The translations under genes and the position numbers were made by a program. Below the pieces are notes generated by a model. The model made no database searches and had not been told where the DNA came from. It worked only from the letters and a program-made list of their open reading frames with translations. A stretch of DNA of 63,993 bases, counting the filler, from Octopus bimaculoides (taxonomy: Eukaryota): NCBI RefSeq assembly GCF_001194135.2. It is 7 parts of 6 records of this genome, joined end to end, with 100 filler letters (N's around TTAATTAATTAA, not from the genome) between each part and the next. Parts side by side here need not be neighbours in the genome. Positions count along the whole stretch, not along the records: positions 18,451 to 33,110 come from NC_068982.1; positions 33,211 to 37,378 come from NC_068985.1; positions 37,479 to 41,642 come from NC_068983.1; 4 more parts are not named here. One strand, written 5' to 3'. This document shows, in pieces, positions 25,957 through 40,692 of the stretch; position 1 is the stretch's first letter, and each line of letters opens with the position of its first letter.

Positions 25957-26935
25957 CGAGGAGGTACCCAAAAGTAACCGGAAACGTTCTCTGTGTGACA
26001 AGCCCGTTGTAGTTCAAGCTTCCGCTGCGAGAAACTACTTAATGCAACCCTCAGGCATCAGTCCACCAACCGGTGTCGTCGAGTGAAGTCGTACTGTCAC
26101 GTAGTGCGTCTTTGTTTTGCAGTGCTTCTCTCCTGTTCGTCGATTTTTTCGATGGTTGAAACGAAGGAACTGTGAAATTCTGTTTTCTGCTTGGGGAAAC
26201 GGCGGCCGAAATAGCTGTCATGCTTGAAACAGCTTACAAGGACGCTACCATGAGCAAAACACAAGTTTACGAGTAGCTTTCACGTTTTAGGAATGTTCAC
26301 TTGTCGCTTGAAGATCAACCTCGTTCAGGAACATTGTCGACCTCCCGAACGAATGAAAACATCACGAAGCTTCACGAACTGATCTTGAAGAACCGTCGCC
26401 GAACAATTGACGAACTTGTTGATACGCCTGGTGAGTCCTGGAGCTCCTGCCAACGAATTTGGAGCGAAGAATTGCGAATGAAAAGAGTTGCAACAAAATT
26501 TTCTGTCTCGTATGGTCACGAAAGAGCAAAAGCAGTCATGACTGAACGCGTGTCTTGAACTGAAAGAACAGCTGGAAGTTGATCCGAACCTTTTCCCGAA
26601 GATCATCTCTGGTGTTATGGCTTTTGATCCGGAAACGAAGCACCAATCAAGTCAATGGAAGCATTCGATGTCACCACGCCCCCCCCCTCCAAAGTGCGTC
26701 AAGTGAAGCCCAATGTCAAGACGATGCTGATTTGTGTCATCGATGCGAAAGGAATTGTCCACACAGAACTTGGTCCTTCTGGTCAAACTGTTAACCAGAC
26801 AGACATTTTACTTGGCAGTTCTGAAGCGTTTTCGAGACGCGGTGAAACGAAAACGCCCCGACCTGTGGCAAAGTGGAGAGTGGACCTTTCATCACGACAA
26901 TGCGCCTGCGTACACCGCCTTGAGTGAGAGACAGT
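25957..26935 (+). mobile_element. Degenerate mariner transposon, 3'-truncated
   Basis: TA-CGAGG terminus; KFCFLLGETAAE, LEDQPRSG, RRRTIDEL, KRVATKF, KGIVHTE, KRKRPDLWQSGEWTFHHDNAPAYTAL over stops and frameshifts. Confidence 0.9.
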
Positions 26936-28404
26936 CTTGCTACTCTGAGTTTTGCCTGTAGGTGCACAAGGCCTTTGGGCAAGTTACAGCTGGTGTAACT
27001 TGCCTGAAGCTCCTATGTGCTCAGAGTCGCAAGAAAGTGACTCGACCGAAATACATGCATACACACATAAGACATATATCTGTATGCATTCATACATGTA
27101 CGCACCATGATGCGTATACATACACGAATGCATATGAATCTCTTCAAGAATATCTACTGATTCCTTTTGTCGACCCCGCCACACAGACCCTTTTTCTGTT
27201 TATAGGTCCTAAAATGAATGAAGGGTCATAGTCACCCTACATCTATTTTGTATGAGTGAGGGTAGAATTCAATCTAAGATGCTCAGCTTAGCACAGCATC
27301 CTGGAACTTGATGCAAACATTTCGACTAAAACACGGTTTCTTTTCCAGATGCATGGTCCTGGTGTAATTGTATCGATCCCACTGGGCTGAGAAAACCTGC
27401 ATCTTAGGCATTGCCTTTCATCTCTGACATTTCCCCCCTTTTTTTAAATACACAGGCATTCACTGCGTGGGATAAACAAGAGTCCTGTTAAAACCAGTAG
27501 TCAAATTACCCTCAAAACTAACGCCACCCTCTTAAAAAAAAATGATGTATTAGATATTGTAGTCTAAGATAAACTGTCCGCAATAGTTAGATGGTCACGA
27601 TTGGAATGCCTTTGATCACATATGTATTAGAGCAACATCTAATGTCTGGTTAGGAAGAAAAAGAAATCTTTTGCGACTAACAGAAGAAAAGACACAGATT
27701 TTCTTCAGCCCTTTGCTACTCAACATCGTGAAATTTTTATACATTTACTGGAACCAACTTCACTACTAAAAGAAGTGAATCCGAATTTTGGCACAAGGCC
27801 AGCAATATCAGGGGGAGTGGGTAAGTCGATTGCGTCGACTCCAGTGCACAACTGGTACTTATTTTATCGACCCAGAAAGGATGAAAGGCAAAGTCAACCT
27901 CGGTGGAATTTGAACTCAAAACATAAAGACGGACGAAATGCCACTAAGCATTTTGTCCGGCGTGCCAACAATTCTACCAGCTCGCCACCCTACAAAGTAT
28001 AAACTATTTGCTAGTTCTAGCGAGGCAACCGAACATTGCAGAAACCTCAATATTGCTGTTTACCGCTTGTGCAAGCCATCGGTGTCATTGGGTGAACAGT
28101 ATTTGCCTAAAGACTCCACTGATCAGAGTTCATGATGGACTTGCATGTGGACTGCAAACATGGACAAGGGGGTTCTAAGAAAGAACCCTTCTGCATCTTA
28201 TCCGTGCAGTATATCTCATCCTTCCACACCATAGATGTTGCCCAGAGGAAAGATAAAGGCCGTAATAGGTTGGCCCTGTTTCATGCTTGCTGGAATTCAC
28301 TTTTTGCAAAGAATCGGGTTTATCGCCATTTTTTCTCTCTGCAAACGTTTCCCCTTCAGATGCTTATATCGGACATCAGTCGTTTACACACACACGCGGG
28401 TATT

Positions 28405-28450
<46 letters not shown>

Positions 28451-30230
28451 CATATGTGTATTGTGCTTCGTGCGTCTTTACAAATTTGTACTGAGCCCTC
28501 TTATGCATTAATCTACATATGAAATACATCCCAGAGCATCTCACTAGTTCAGAGGCTGTATGCCTGTATCTGTGTGCGGGGAGGATCAAGGTCACTACCC
28601 GTGGCTAATTTGCAACATATATACACACGCATACACATACTTGCACGCGCGAACACATACATACATACGCACATGTCAGCTTACAAACGTGTATACATGC
28701 ACAAACAGCCCCCACCCCACCCCCATTTTGTGTTTGCTTCTGTCAACACGTAGCTGAGAACGAGGGTGGTGGTGGTGGTGGAGATGCAGAGTTCCAACGC
28801 AATATGGTCGCAGTCGAATACATTATATTGATTAAACGTGGGGTTGGCAGATGTGACGTTTTAATGCGGTATGGATGTACTGCATTAAAACAATGTCGCT
28901 TGTCCTCGAGCATATTGATTAAACGAGGGTGTAGATGAGACGGATCTTGGCCGTACTCTGGTCCAATCGTCAGCTTCTGGAAAATTCTTGGTGCAGTTAG
29001 CAAACCGTGCAGTAGATTTTCGTGATGTTTTACTGGTAGCAGAGAATCTGAGTAAGTTTTTGCATAAGAAACAATTCGAATTCAGCTCAGTGAGCGAATG
29101 AAATATGTCAGATCAGCAGCGCCTAGCTCTTTAGAGAAGTGAAATGACTCCTCCTGCTAAAAATAGGAGCAAAATCACCCTCGAATCGTAATCTAGCGTC
29201 GTAAGTATAGAAAAGGATTCACACATTTTAAGATAACTTTAAATATATGGGATTGTCATGAATGGAAAGTCATTTGATCAGAGAGGGGTTGACCTGGAAC
29301 TAAAGAATAACCGTTAGTTCCTTGCAGGTTGAGTGACCCCTTACAAGTGCCTTGATTGGCCCGATGAGGAAGTACTTTCGATGACAACTTGCTCACTGGA
29401 CTGGCGTGAAGTGGCTCAGTATTTCATGGACATATGAACCCACGCTGTATGTGACAAGGCTGCACCTTTGAATTACAGGTACGAATCAGTTTATCCGACG
29501 ATTGGCTTGTCCACAGTTTCCCATCCAGGCCCAATTCAGGGAACCTCTTCAAGTCGAACCGCTATTTCTCCGCATTGAGTAATCACAGCTTCAGCACTAA
29601 GGAAATGTGATTAGAATATCGCAGGAAAGAATCGCAAGACGGATTCTTCAAAACAAACTAACTGGCAGGAGACTTAGGGATAAACCAAGAAGGAAATAGT
29701 TGAATAATATCCATAGCCTCGATTGGTCACGCTTGGGAATCCAGCCGTAAAGTGTAATGGGGGTTGTTTCTGGTAAGACTTTATGGAGGAGATGTCTGAC
29801 GATTCTACCCCTACAACACTGCCAGGAATAGTGAGCAGAGAGGATGGATGCATGGATGGATGGATGTCTTGGGTCGACCCTGAGTCTATGATAAAGCCAC
29901 TTGCCCAAAATGGAATCGAAGCCGGGACTTTGTGGTTGCGAAGTGAATTAACCATTCAATAAACAATGGTGGAAACTGATTGGTCATCGACAGTCAAGTC
30001 ATGAATCAATAGACTTTTGATCAAAGCTTTCCACCAGTGACCATCCAATCAGATTGTCAGACAATATACTTAGGGTGACATTAGCTGTGTGGTAAGAAGT
30101 TTGCTTCCCGGCCACATGGTTCTGGGTTCAGTCCCACTGCGTAGTACCTTGGGCAAGTGTCTTCTACTATAGCTTCGGGCCGACCAAAGCCTTATGAGTG
30201 GATTTGGTAAACGGAAACTGAAAGAAGTGC

Positions 30231-30298
<68 letters not shown>

Positions 30299-30744
30299 GT
30301 TTGTGTGTCTGTGTTTATTCTCCCACCATTGCTTGACAACCGATGTTGGTGTGTTTACGTTCCCGTAACTTAGCGGTTCGGCAAAAGTTCCCGATAGAAT
30401 AAGTACTAGGCTTACAAAGAATAAGTCCTGGGGTCGATTTGCTCGACTAAAGGCGGTGCTCCAGCATGACCGCACTCAATTAACTGAAGCAAGTGAAATA
30501 ATAAAAGAACACACACACACACGACGGGCTTCTTTCAGTTTCCGCCTACCAAAACCACTCGCTAGGCTTTGGTTGGTCTGGGGCTATAGTAGGAGCTATA
30601 GCCCAAGGTGCCACGCAGTGGAACTGAACCGGGAACCATGTGGTTGGGAAGCAAGTTTCTTACCACACAGCCACGCCTGCGCCTATGTTCATTTCCTTAG
30701 TTTTCTTGCTTTGTTTTATTCCTGGGCTCAAACATTTCCAGGGT

Positions 30745-31075
30745 CTTGAGTTTAGCTTTCCCCGGGAAAAATCCAGGCATGTACGGGACATATGAAATCA
30801 CTCTCTCTCTGATCATCTTCAAAGTAATATTGGTTCGCATGTAAACCGGAGTAGTTGAGAAGGGGAAGGGCGCCTGACGAGGTGCACCCGGCGGTCGGAG
30901 TAACCAGGATGTGTGGGATTCCTCGGTTGTTCCCCTGTGTGAGGTTCCTCTGTTGCTCACCCCTTTCCAAGAATTTTTATTGTTTAATTGTATTGTTAAT
31001 TGTTCCAAACCCCACTTGTCCTATGTGTTGTATTATCCCTATTTGTTTCTTGTGTCCAATTAAGAAATCACTATT
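30745..31075 (+). mobile_element. Probable LINE 3' end/3'UTR (L1/Tx1-like)
   Basis: GC-rich then T-rich tail ending in (TAT)n; weak resemblance to the 32.2-32.7 kb element. Confidence 0.35.
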
Positions 31076-31701
31076 ATTATTATTAAGTGAGAGAGCAATG
31101 CATACCATCAAAGTGACACTGGGGTAAAATACACGAAGCCCATTATACCCATCATGACTACCCGTCAGATAAAGGTACACCAGGCACATGCATCACAACC
31201 ATATGTGCGCGACATAATGATCTCATATCAAGATAAACAGCACATGACCTTGCAAGTGGGGCCCAGTTAGAATTTTCTGCAGGTCGAGTAGCCCATCCCG
31301 CTCAAAAGGTCCCCGAATAAGGTTTGTTTAAGGATGTTGAGCAAAACACACACGTTTCCAGAGGTGAATTATTCGAACTCCAAAGAATTCCTCTCAACAC
31401 ATGGCAAGGATGCACCTCCACTACTTCTGCTTGTGATCAGAGGTGCTCATATCGTCAGCCACCAAGGGACATGCTCAACTGGTCAAGGTCAAACGACTGA
31501 CAAGCGAATCTGTAGCATTTGCAGAATATTTGTTGCAGCCCATCTTTGATACCAAGACAAAACAATGTACATGATAACACTTCCAATCAGTTAAGATCAG
31601 AAGCCATGAGAGCCACTGCATCAGGGCATTTATCATCATCATCATCATCATCATCACCGCCACCGCCGCCGCCGCCGTCGTCATCGTCATCATCATCATC
31701 A

Positions 31702-31735
<34 letters not shown>

Positions 31736-31939
31736 GGCGGCGAGCTGGCAGAATCCTTAGCACGCCGGGCGAAATGCTTGGCGGCATTTTGTTTGTCCTT
31801 ACGCTCCGAGTTCAGTTTCGCCGAGGTCGACTTTGCCTTTCATCCTTTCGGGGTCGATAAACTAAGAACCAGTTGAATACTGGAATCGATGTAATCGACT
31901 AGTCCCCTCCGCCAAATTTTCAGGCCTTGTGCCTATGGG

Positions 31940-32690
31940 GGCCGCTACCGGTTCGAGATAAACTCTACAGGCTCCGACTTGCTCTCAGACGGACTTATCC
32001 GAGGTGCGTGCAGTCCTCACTCAGTGTCCAGGCATTGTTGACTTGTGGGGTGATGTCGAGCAGCTGCTGTCACGTGTGGGACGGATCCGCCTTTCAGCCA
32101 AGTCTGTAGTGATGGTCGCACTGCCGCCATCCTTCAATCGGGCAGGTGAGGCAGTTTTCCTTTTCCTGATGGCTGTGGCGAAAGACGTTGTTTAGTGGAC
32201 AAGGCTGAAAGACACGAGGACAGATACATCCCTCTTTGGTTGAGCTCTCATTGACTTCTTCAAGTTTCACTTGAAAAGGAAATTGAGAGTGGAGAGGGAA
32301 GTGCTGTCCTCGAGTGAGATTAGTGAAAGGTGGGTGAAAGTTGCGAAAATGGCAAGAGCAGATGGTACCTCTCTAAGTGTAGACCAGTGATTTGGAGAGA
32401 AGGAATAGGAGAGGGCACTTTATCATGGGGTTTCAGGGAAGTCTCGGACAGTGGGATTCTTCGATAATCCCAAGAGGCATTCCTGTATCAGGAGGGCCAC
32501 ATCTCTATCATCCTCCCCCTTTTTTTTATCTTTGTATGCTATGCATACGTCCCTTCTTTTCCAGTGTATACCGTGTATACTTTTTTTTTTATCATTTCAT
32601 TATTTTATGTAAGCCCCCACACTTTATGTGTCTCTGTATTGACCCCCCCCCTCATCCTTCGTTCTTGTGGCAAATAAATGAAATCATCAT
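31940..32690 (+). mobile_element. Tx1/L1-clade LINE 3' fragment
   Basis: LPVRDKLYRL, zinc-knuckle remnant (AVLTQCPGIVDLW), FFKFHLKRKLRVEREVLS...RWVKVAKM, then 3'UTR with AATAAA and (CAT)n. Confidence 0.7.
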
Positions 32691-33067
32691 CATCATCATA
32701 ATTATTATTATTACTATGGCGGTGAGCTGGTAGAATCGCTAGCGCGCCGGACAAAATTCTTAGCGGCATTTCGTCCGTCTTAAAGAAGTTCTGAGTTCAA
32801 AATCTGCCGAGGTCGACTTTCCCTCGTTATCCAGTTGTCCCTTTTTTTTTAAGGCAACAGAATGTTATTTGAGGAAGATTTGGTTGTTATATCTAGCAGA
32901 CTGACTGGCCGTATAGGTCTCTACCGTCATATTTTATCGTAAGATTAGTTTTAATAGTGAAATACAAAGACAAAACAAACCCAATCCGATTCCCTTACTA
33001 TCACTGCCACCACCACAGCACCAACACCACCACAAACAAGACTACTACAAGAACTAGTTTATCATCA

Positions 33068-33102
<35 letters not shown>

Positions 33103-35803
33103 CTTTTATCNNNNNNNNNNNNNNNNNNNNNNNNNNNNNNNNNNNNNNNNNNNNTTAATTAATTAANNNNNNNNNNNNNNNNNNNNNNNNNNNNNNNNNN
33201 NNNNNNNNNNATATATATATACATATATATTTCATGATATATGAATGTAAAATACAAGGATCAATCATTAAGAAGTTTGTAAGCTCCCACCAGACCGTAG
33301 AAAGTATGACAAAACATCTATCAGGAACAATCGTAATTCCTTGAATTAGAAGGTTGTAAGTCTTTCTATATCAAAGTTCCATAAACTAAAAGGGTTGTTG
33401 TACACGCGAATAAAAATCCAAATTGAGGGAACAGAGCAGATAAAATACAGACTACATTTGTTTACTAGCTAGCAGAACCACGGAAGTGATAATTACTCAC
33501 GTGGGGTACTCCACATTTAAGGTTTTATTGTCGTCAAGTTATCTAAAGTTAACTCGCAAGAGATTTGATTTTATATTGTGTGTAGCAGCTTTTATAACGC
33601 ACAATAATTTCACGCATTAGGATTAGCACTGTCATACATTCAAATACTCTACTTTCTGTCGTACATTGTCATACACATAGAGATGTGTTCACTCACATAT
33701 ACTATTTAATGTTGCTCTCGCACGAGACAGCCACTTTAACGTAATCATATCTCATGTGTCTAACTTTATATTTACTGCTATTCTAAGATTTTCGATCATG
33801 ACTACCAGAAGATGTTGAATCGAGGATAAGACACTTTGTAATTTATTATCTAATCTGTGTTCCTAATTTTAGTGTTGTTTTAATAACAGGATATGGCAAT
33901 TAAGAAATGGCGCGTCAATTCTTGTCAGACGGTTTCCTTGTTCTGATTCGTTACACTTTCGTATTTTCTTAGCTAAGACGATGTCCTTCATCCTTTTCCT
34001 GTTTCATTCATTAAGCTGCGGATATACTGGGGCATGACTATAAAGAGATTAGTTCAAAAAATTGATCCCAGTACTTAATTTTTAAGCGAGATAATTCTTA
34101 TCTCGGTTTCTCATAACGAACTGCTAAAGAAAGCAGCACCGTTTTATTTCTTTACTGCCCACAAGGGGCTACACACAGAGGGGATAAACAAGGACAGACA
34201 CACGATTAAGTCGATTATATCGACCCCATTGCGTAACTGGTACTTATTTAATCGACCCCGAAAGGATGAAGGGCAAAGTCGACCTCGGCGGAATTTGAAC
34301 TCAGAACGTAGCGGCAGACGAAATACCGCTAAGCATTTCGCCCGGCGTGCTAACGTTTCTGCCAGCTCACCACCTTTTTTGCCAAGAGGTGGTGGGGTAC
34401 GAACACAAGCAAAAAGACACACACACGAAGATATATGTGTTGGTTTGTTTACAACCNNNNNNNNNNNNNNNNNNNNNNNNNNNNNNNNNNNNNNNNNNNN
34501 NNNNNNNNNNNNNNNNNNNNNNNNNNNNNNNNNNNNNNNNNNNNNNNNNNNNNNNNNNNNNNNNNNNNNNNNNNNNNNNNNNNNNNNNNNNNNNNNNNNN
34601 NNNNNNNNNNNNNNNNNNNNNNNNNNNNNNNNNNNNNNNNNNNNNNNNNNNNNNNNNNNNNNNNNNNNNNNNNNNNNNNNNNNNNNNNNNNNNNNNNNNN
34701 NNNNNNNNNNNNNNNNNNNNNNNNNNNNNNNNNNNNNNNNNNNNNNNNNNNNNNNNNNNNNNNNNNNNNNNNNNNNNNNNNNNNNNNNNNNNNNNNNNNN
34801 NNNNNNNNNNNNNNNNNNNNNNNNNNNNNNNNNNNNNNNNNNNNNNNNNNNNNNNNNNNNNNNNNNNNNNNNNNNNNNNNNNNNNNNNNNNNNNNNNNNN
34901 NNNNNNNNNNNNNNNNNNNNNNNNNNNNNNNNNNNNNNNNNNNNNNNNNNNNNNNNNNNNNNNNNNNNNNNNNNNNNNNNNNNNNNNNNNNNNNNNNNNN
35001 NNNNNNNNNNNNNNNNNNNNNNNNNNNNNNNNNNNNNNNNNNNNNNNNNNNNNNNNNNNNNNNNNNNNNNNNNNNNNNNNNNNNNNNNNNTATATATATA
35101 TATATCTTATTGTCTGGGGAGATTGATTCTGTTTTAATGCCTTATTAATTACCACACCCACCGGTTCGATTTCCACTCATTTACTTATTTATTTTTCCTC
35201 AAATTTCCGTTGCTTCTTGCAACCTCTTCAATAGTTGTTGACTCTGTCCGTTATCGGAGCTGCTTTCTTTTCATACGACGGACTTCTCTCAGTTTTTATC
35301 TATCAACTTCCTTCAGCGGGACCACAAGGGTTTGATCGGCCCCGGGCTATAGTAAGAGACAGTTAATCACGGTGTCACGCAGTGATACTGAATCTCAAAC
35401 CAGGTGGCTCCAAAGCGAGCCATGCTTGCTCATAAATTATAGATTTGAAAATTATTATCAATTAACTCAGCACCAACGTACAAGGTTAAACCAATTATAC
35501 GAAATGTTAGACATTGGTAGAGAAAACCATGTAAGGTGTGTATGATTAATATTTGCTATTTGTGTCGAAAAAAATCTTGTATGTTTGGAATTTAATTCAA
35601 TATTCCCATTAAAATTCTTATACCTATGGCATTTTTCGAGAATATTGATCTAATAAATTAAAGAAGTGTTTAGCATTACCTGTACTCACATTAATACTAA
35701 ACGGATCATTAATCTAAGCAATGGTTTATTTTTAAATTTCCCGTGTCAGGAAATTGAAATGTTATTATTATTATTATTATTATTGTTGTTGTTGTTATTG
35801 TTG

Positions 35804-35846
<43 letters not shown>

Positions 35847-35860
35847 CATTTTTATTATTA

Positions 35861-35933
<73 letters not shown>

Positions 35934-36141
35934 GAAAAAGCATTGAGCTGTCAGAATCGTTACCTTGCCGGGCGAAATGCTCAGCATTATTTAAGTCCTG
36001 AGTTCAGATTCAGCCGAGGTCGACTTTGCTTTCATCCTTTCGGGGTGGATAAATTAAAGTTCCAGTGAAACACTGGGGCGATGTACTCGACTAGTTGCCT
36101 CACCCCAAAGTTCAGGCCTTGTGCCTTTAGTAGAAAGGATA

Positions 36142-36207
<66 letters not shown>

Positions 36208-36539
36208 GGAGAGTATTGTAGCTCGCTTGAAGCATTGTGTATTGTTTGTAAAGAATAAAATATTTTGAATGACACAAGAACTCACTATCATAGAAACAAT
36301 GGACTATATTAACTGTTGTAATTTAATCACCCATTGTCTGATAGTTTATTTCGGAATAAAATTCCTTCTTCAGATATCCCTAAGAATTCATGGAGTCACT
36401 TGTATAGTCGGTTTTCCAAGGGTTTTTTCTTTGTTTTTCTCGGAAGCGTCTCATCAGTGGTCTCACGAAGCTCCTTCCGGAATTCCTCATGAGAAGTGCG
36501 TGAGGTCGGCCATGTCTCAATCTCGTGTGTGCTGGCACA

Positions 36540-36960
36540 TCCTTAGCGCTGCTACTAAGTTATGTGTTATACCCAGATTTTATCATCTCATTAAAACACA
36601 CAAGGATAGTAACACGATCCAGATTAAACCCATCGACGCCAGCGTGGAAGGACCTCTATATATAATATCCTGGTTTCTTTCTCACATCCTGAAATCCATA
36701 CTCTCTATCTTTCCTGGACACGTCAAGAACTCCGACGAAGTTAACAAAAGACTGCACCAACTGCCCTTAGACCAAGTCAGGCAAAACAGATATGCCTTTA
36801 GGCTTGACGTTGTCTCAATGTACACAACGGTGCAAGCACACTAGCCACCACTTATATGAACCACCTGGAACGTCATCACTTATATGAACCATCTTCAAAC
36901 CGATTATAGCAGCTACTCCATGAATTCCAAGGGATATCTGGAGAAGGAATTTTATTCCGA
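36540..36960 (+). mobile_element. Penelope-like element RT fragment
   Basis: IPRFYHLIKTHK...IKPIDASVEGPLYIISWFLSHILK...HVKNS...FRLDVVSMYT is the PLE RT motif series. Confidence 0.8.
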
Positions 36961-37054
36961 AATATCATATCAGACTATGGATGATTAAGTTACAAGTTAC
37001 TATAGTCCATTGTTTGTATTATAGTGCATTATTGCGTCATTCAATATCTTTTAA

Positions 37055-37126
<72 letters not shown>

Positions 37127-37139
37127 CATTATTATTGTT

Positions 37140-37378
37140 CAGTAGTTTTATTTTTATAACGTGCTTTCACTTCACTACCGAGCGCAGCTCTGTGCGCCTT
37201 GGGTATGTGCTGTGGTTTGCTGCGGTGCTCTTATGTTTACTGTATTGAAAGTGTTTTGCGTAGAATGTGTGCAGTACCCAGTAGTGCAATTTTCTGTATG
37301 TTATATATATTTGTATGTCCTGGTGTTTTTGTTATGTATTTGTCTGGATATTTTTTTATTATACCTAAGGCACCTACT
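37140..37378 (-). mobile_element. R4/Dong-like non-LTR 3' end
   Basis: VGALGIIKKYPDKYITKTPGHTNIYNIQKIALLGTAHILRKTLSIQ* followed by 3'UTR and (TAA)n. Confidence 0.8.
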
Positions 37379-37478
37379 NNNNNNNNNNNNNNNNNNNNNN
37401 NNNNNNNNNNNNNNNNNNNNNNTTAATTAATTAANNNNNNNNNNNNNNNNNNNNNNNNNNNNNNNNNNNNNNNNNNNN

Positions 37479-37519
<41 letters not shown>

Positions 37520-40244
37520 TCTCTCTCTCTCTCCCTCTCTATCTCTCTCTCCCTCTCTTTCTCTCTCTCTCTCTCACTCATCAATTTCGATTCGGGAACA
37601 TTCAGATGGTCGATGATAAATCTGACCGACTTATTGAATTAGCGCGGAAAATAGCTAACAAATCTACAGAAATTTTCTAGCAGATTGAGCATGAAGCTCT
37701 CTGACAAGTATGGGCCATTCTAATATAAGTCGAGTCCATTCTGTAAAGAACATTCACTTTCTGCCTACTCATCTTAATTCACAACACATTGGATAACTCG
37801 AGGCTTTAGTAAAATCATTTCCTCAAATGACTCTCAGTGGAAGTGAGCTCGACATCTAATAGTTGCAAATTAAACTTGTTAACCACTGAAGAATGTGCGC
37901 GATACCAAACGAAATATAGTATATTAATATATGGCAAACATCAGAACGGAGAGATGATTAACATGAAGAGAAGTATAATTTATCATTCTATAATTTTTGC
38001 TGCATATAAAGTGCGTGATTTAGGCGAAATCATAACATATTAGTCTATGTATGTAATACTGTGTTTCTGATTTCAAACTTGAGCGTCGGGAAATTTCATT
38101 TTCGTCGAACTGGCCTCAATGAAGACACAATCAAGAAGAGACAAAATTTGTCACGTTACTACATATAAAATCCAAATCCCTCATAATGTTGCCCGCTCAT
38201 CATTGAGCAACAGTCTGTAATGACAATGTCATCTCCGTATCTCCCTTGAAACTGCACTGTTTTCCATTACTGATTAGTACATCGCTTTCTGTACATAACA
38301 GCTTTCTTCAGAATCTCATGGGCAGAGCATATTGCGTAAAGGAAAACACTTCATCAAAATGTTTATTCAAAAGCAAATTATCACTCCAAATACACCTATT
38401 CTCATCTCTCTTCATTATCTTCTCTAGATTATTTATTTTAATTGAATGTTATCGTTTCCGCCATCATCACTACAAATATCTATATCATTAGCAATATTTT
38501 CTCAATGGCAAAAAACTATCAAGATCTCTGTGCGTCTCTTATTCAGCCTGATTAACCACAAAGAGAATTATTCCTTTGGTGGCTATAAAATCTAAAAATG
38601 TGACAGATCTTGCTTAACACTTGAAATTCCTTATCCTCGTTGTTCACTGTAAAATTATAATAGTATGAGCTCTTCGATGAACTTTTCGTAATGTTATAAA
38701 TTGATTACCTCGGAAGCCTTATGATTCTAAGAGAGAGCAATTACAAATTTTGTTAAATTAGCAATTCACTTAAGAATTTAAATCACTTAATTTTCAATTT
38801 AATTTCATTCGTCAATTTAGACGTATTATTTATATCACATTGTTGTCCTAAGCTTCCGAGATTTAATCTGCATATCTCTTTTATCATTAAGAAAATCCTC
38901 ACAAATATATCTAACGACATTTCAATTAAGAAAAGCTTACTTAGTATAATTAATAGATCACGTAGCGTAGGTTAAGAACCTTTATTCGGCATTTCGTGTG
39001 ATGGTTCTGTAATCTAAATTTGGTAACATATAATAGCCATTCAATTAATTGACACTGCTGTTCATTCAGTGGTAATGTAAATGTTAGTAATGTAATAAAT
39101 CCTGCATGGCGTTTTTCCAATCCATTCTGGGAATACTGAAAATGCTAAAGCCTTTGACGTCGCTGTCGCTAACAACATTCTCGAGTAACACAAAATATGT
39201 TCATTAACTGGAACGATAAAGAAATTGCTTTGTGCAGAAATAGTCAAAGAATGCTAGCAGTTTCGAAAGAGTAATATTTGAGATACTATGACATGTCATA
39301 TCCAGTCTTATATTTAGACTATATTGTGTCGAGAGAACTGAAGGTCACACATTAAATTTACAACACAAAGGCAGATTCAAAACTGCATGTTAATAACGTA
39401 ATATAAATGACTCGATACACCCACTGAATTCTTTTACCAATCAGCAGAAACAGAGAATTGAAACTTCAACAATTCGCCTGGTATTATAATGTTCCTTTTC
39501 TTTTCACATGATCACATTATAAATAAGGTTCTTAATTATATGAATTAGTATTACACCAAAGTAGAGAACGCAAATGAGATTATCAAGTATTGCACTATCT
39601 ATCTTTTTAAATCCTTCTTTTTAAATCCTTCTTCAATCACAAAACTGTTAATTTTTTGTGCTCGCTTTTGTGGAAGAAGCTGGAATATTTTCTATTAGAT
39701 ATTATCAGGTTGGAAATGGAAATTATATAGCGCTTATTCAATTAAACATACACATGGCAACGTCGCAACATGCCAACACATACACATATTCATACGCACA
39801 TATATTTCTCCTTTTAATCGGTAGAAGTCACAAAGTAAATTAAAGGCCGGGTATCATTCAAAATTCGTGCATAACAATTTTTTAGTTACTTCAAAATCTT
39901 GGGGGATTAATTTTAATTACACTGACTATTAATTGTTTCTCAAATGTTCGAAATGGTTTAGAATCGGAAGACCATATAAAGAAGGTACCTTTGCAAGAAT
40001 TGTGCATGTTGAGAAATACAACAATTATTTCAATTGCATTGATACACAAACACACACACACGCATATTCATATACACACAAAGATATACATGGACTTGTT
40101 ATGAAAGGTACCTTAAATTGTTAGAACAATTCCGCCAAAAATGCCTCCATCGCATTCTAAATATTAAATGGAGTTTTTTTACTCCAAACATAGATGTCCT
40201 TGCATATGCAAGCATCACCTTAATTAAAGCTATGATTTTCAGGA

Positions 40245-40620
40245 ACTAAATGTGATGGTGTTGCCGTATTGTTCGAATGGCGGAGGAACGCATGCCGAAA
40301 CAGCTGTTTTAAGGGAACCTTGCAGAGAGGAAATGCTATCGGTGTAAACCTAAAGAAAAAGGTTTAAGGATGGCATAAGGACTAATATGAAATCACTTGG
40401 AATGGATCCAGAAGACATACAAACCCTTGCTTCGGATCGAGCTTGATGGCGGACCCATGGAAAACGAACATGCACCATATAGTCTGCCTATATGTCTGTG
40501 CACACCTTTGAATGCAGTGTATGCCAGAAGGTTTGCAAATCTAACTGACGCCTCGAACGACATTTTAAGATCCACAATGATCAAAACTTATCTGCAGTTC
40601 TTGGTGGTCCAAATTGGATG
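40245..40620 (+). mobile_element. RTE (BovB-like) LINE C-terminal fragment
   Basis: IVRMAEERMPKQLF*GNL...KPK...FKDGIRTNMKSLGMDPEDIQTLASDRA*WR. Confidence 0.75.
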
Positions 40621-40692
40621 TGGGTGTCTTTTCAGAACATTGATTTAAAAAGCCACACCAGATGCTATGATGCCAGTAAGGTGTAGGTACGG

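Noticed and set aside
33499-33543. 42-nt minus-strand exon-like segment with GTGAGT donor
   Set aside because: Stop codons in all three frames and no partner exons.
36430-36462. Minus-strand CTGATGA near the Penelope RT
   Set aside because: Followed by GAGA rather than GAAA, no stem III/NUH, and antisense to the RT.
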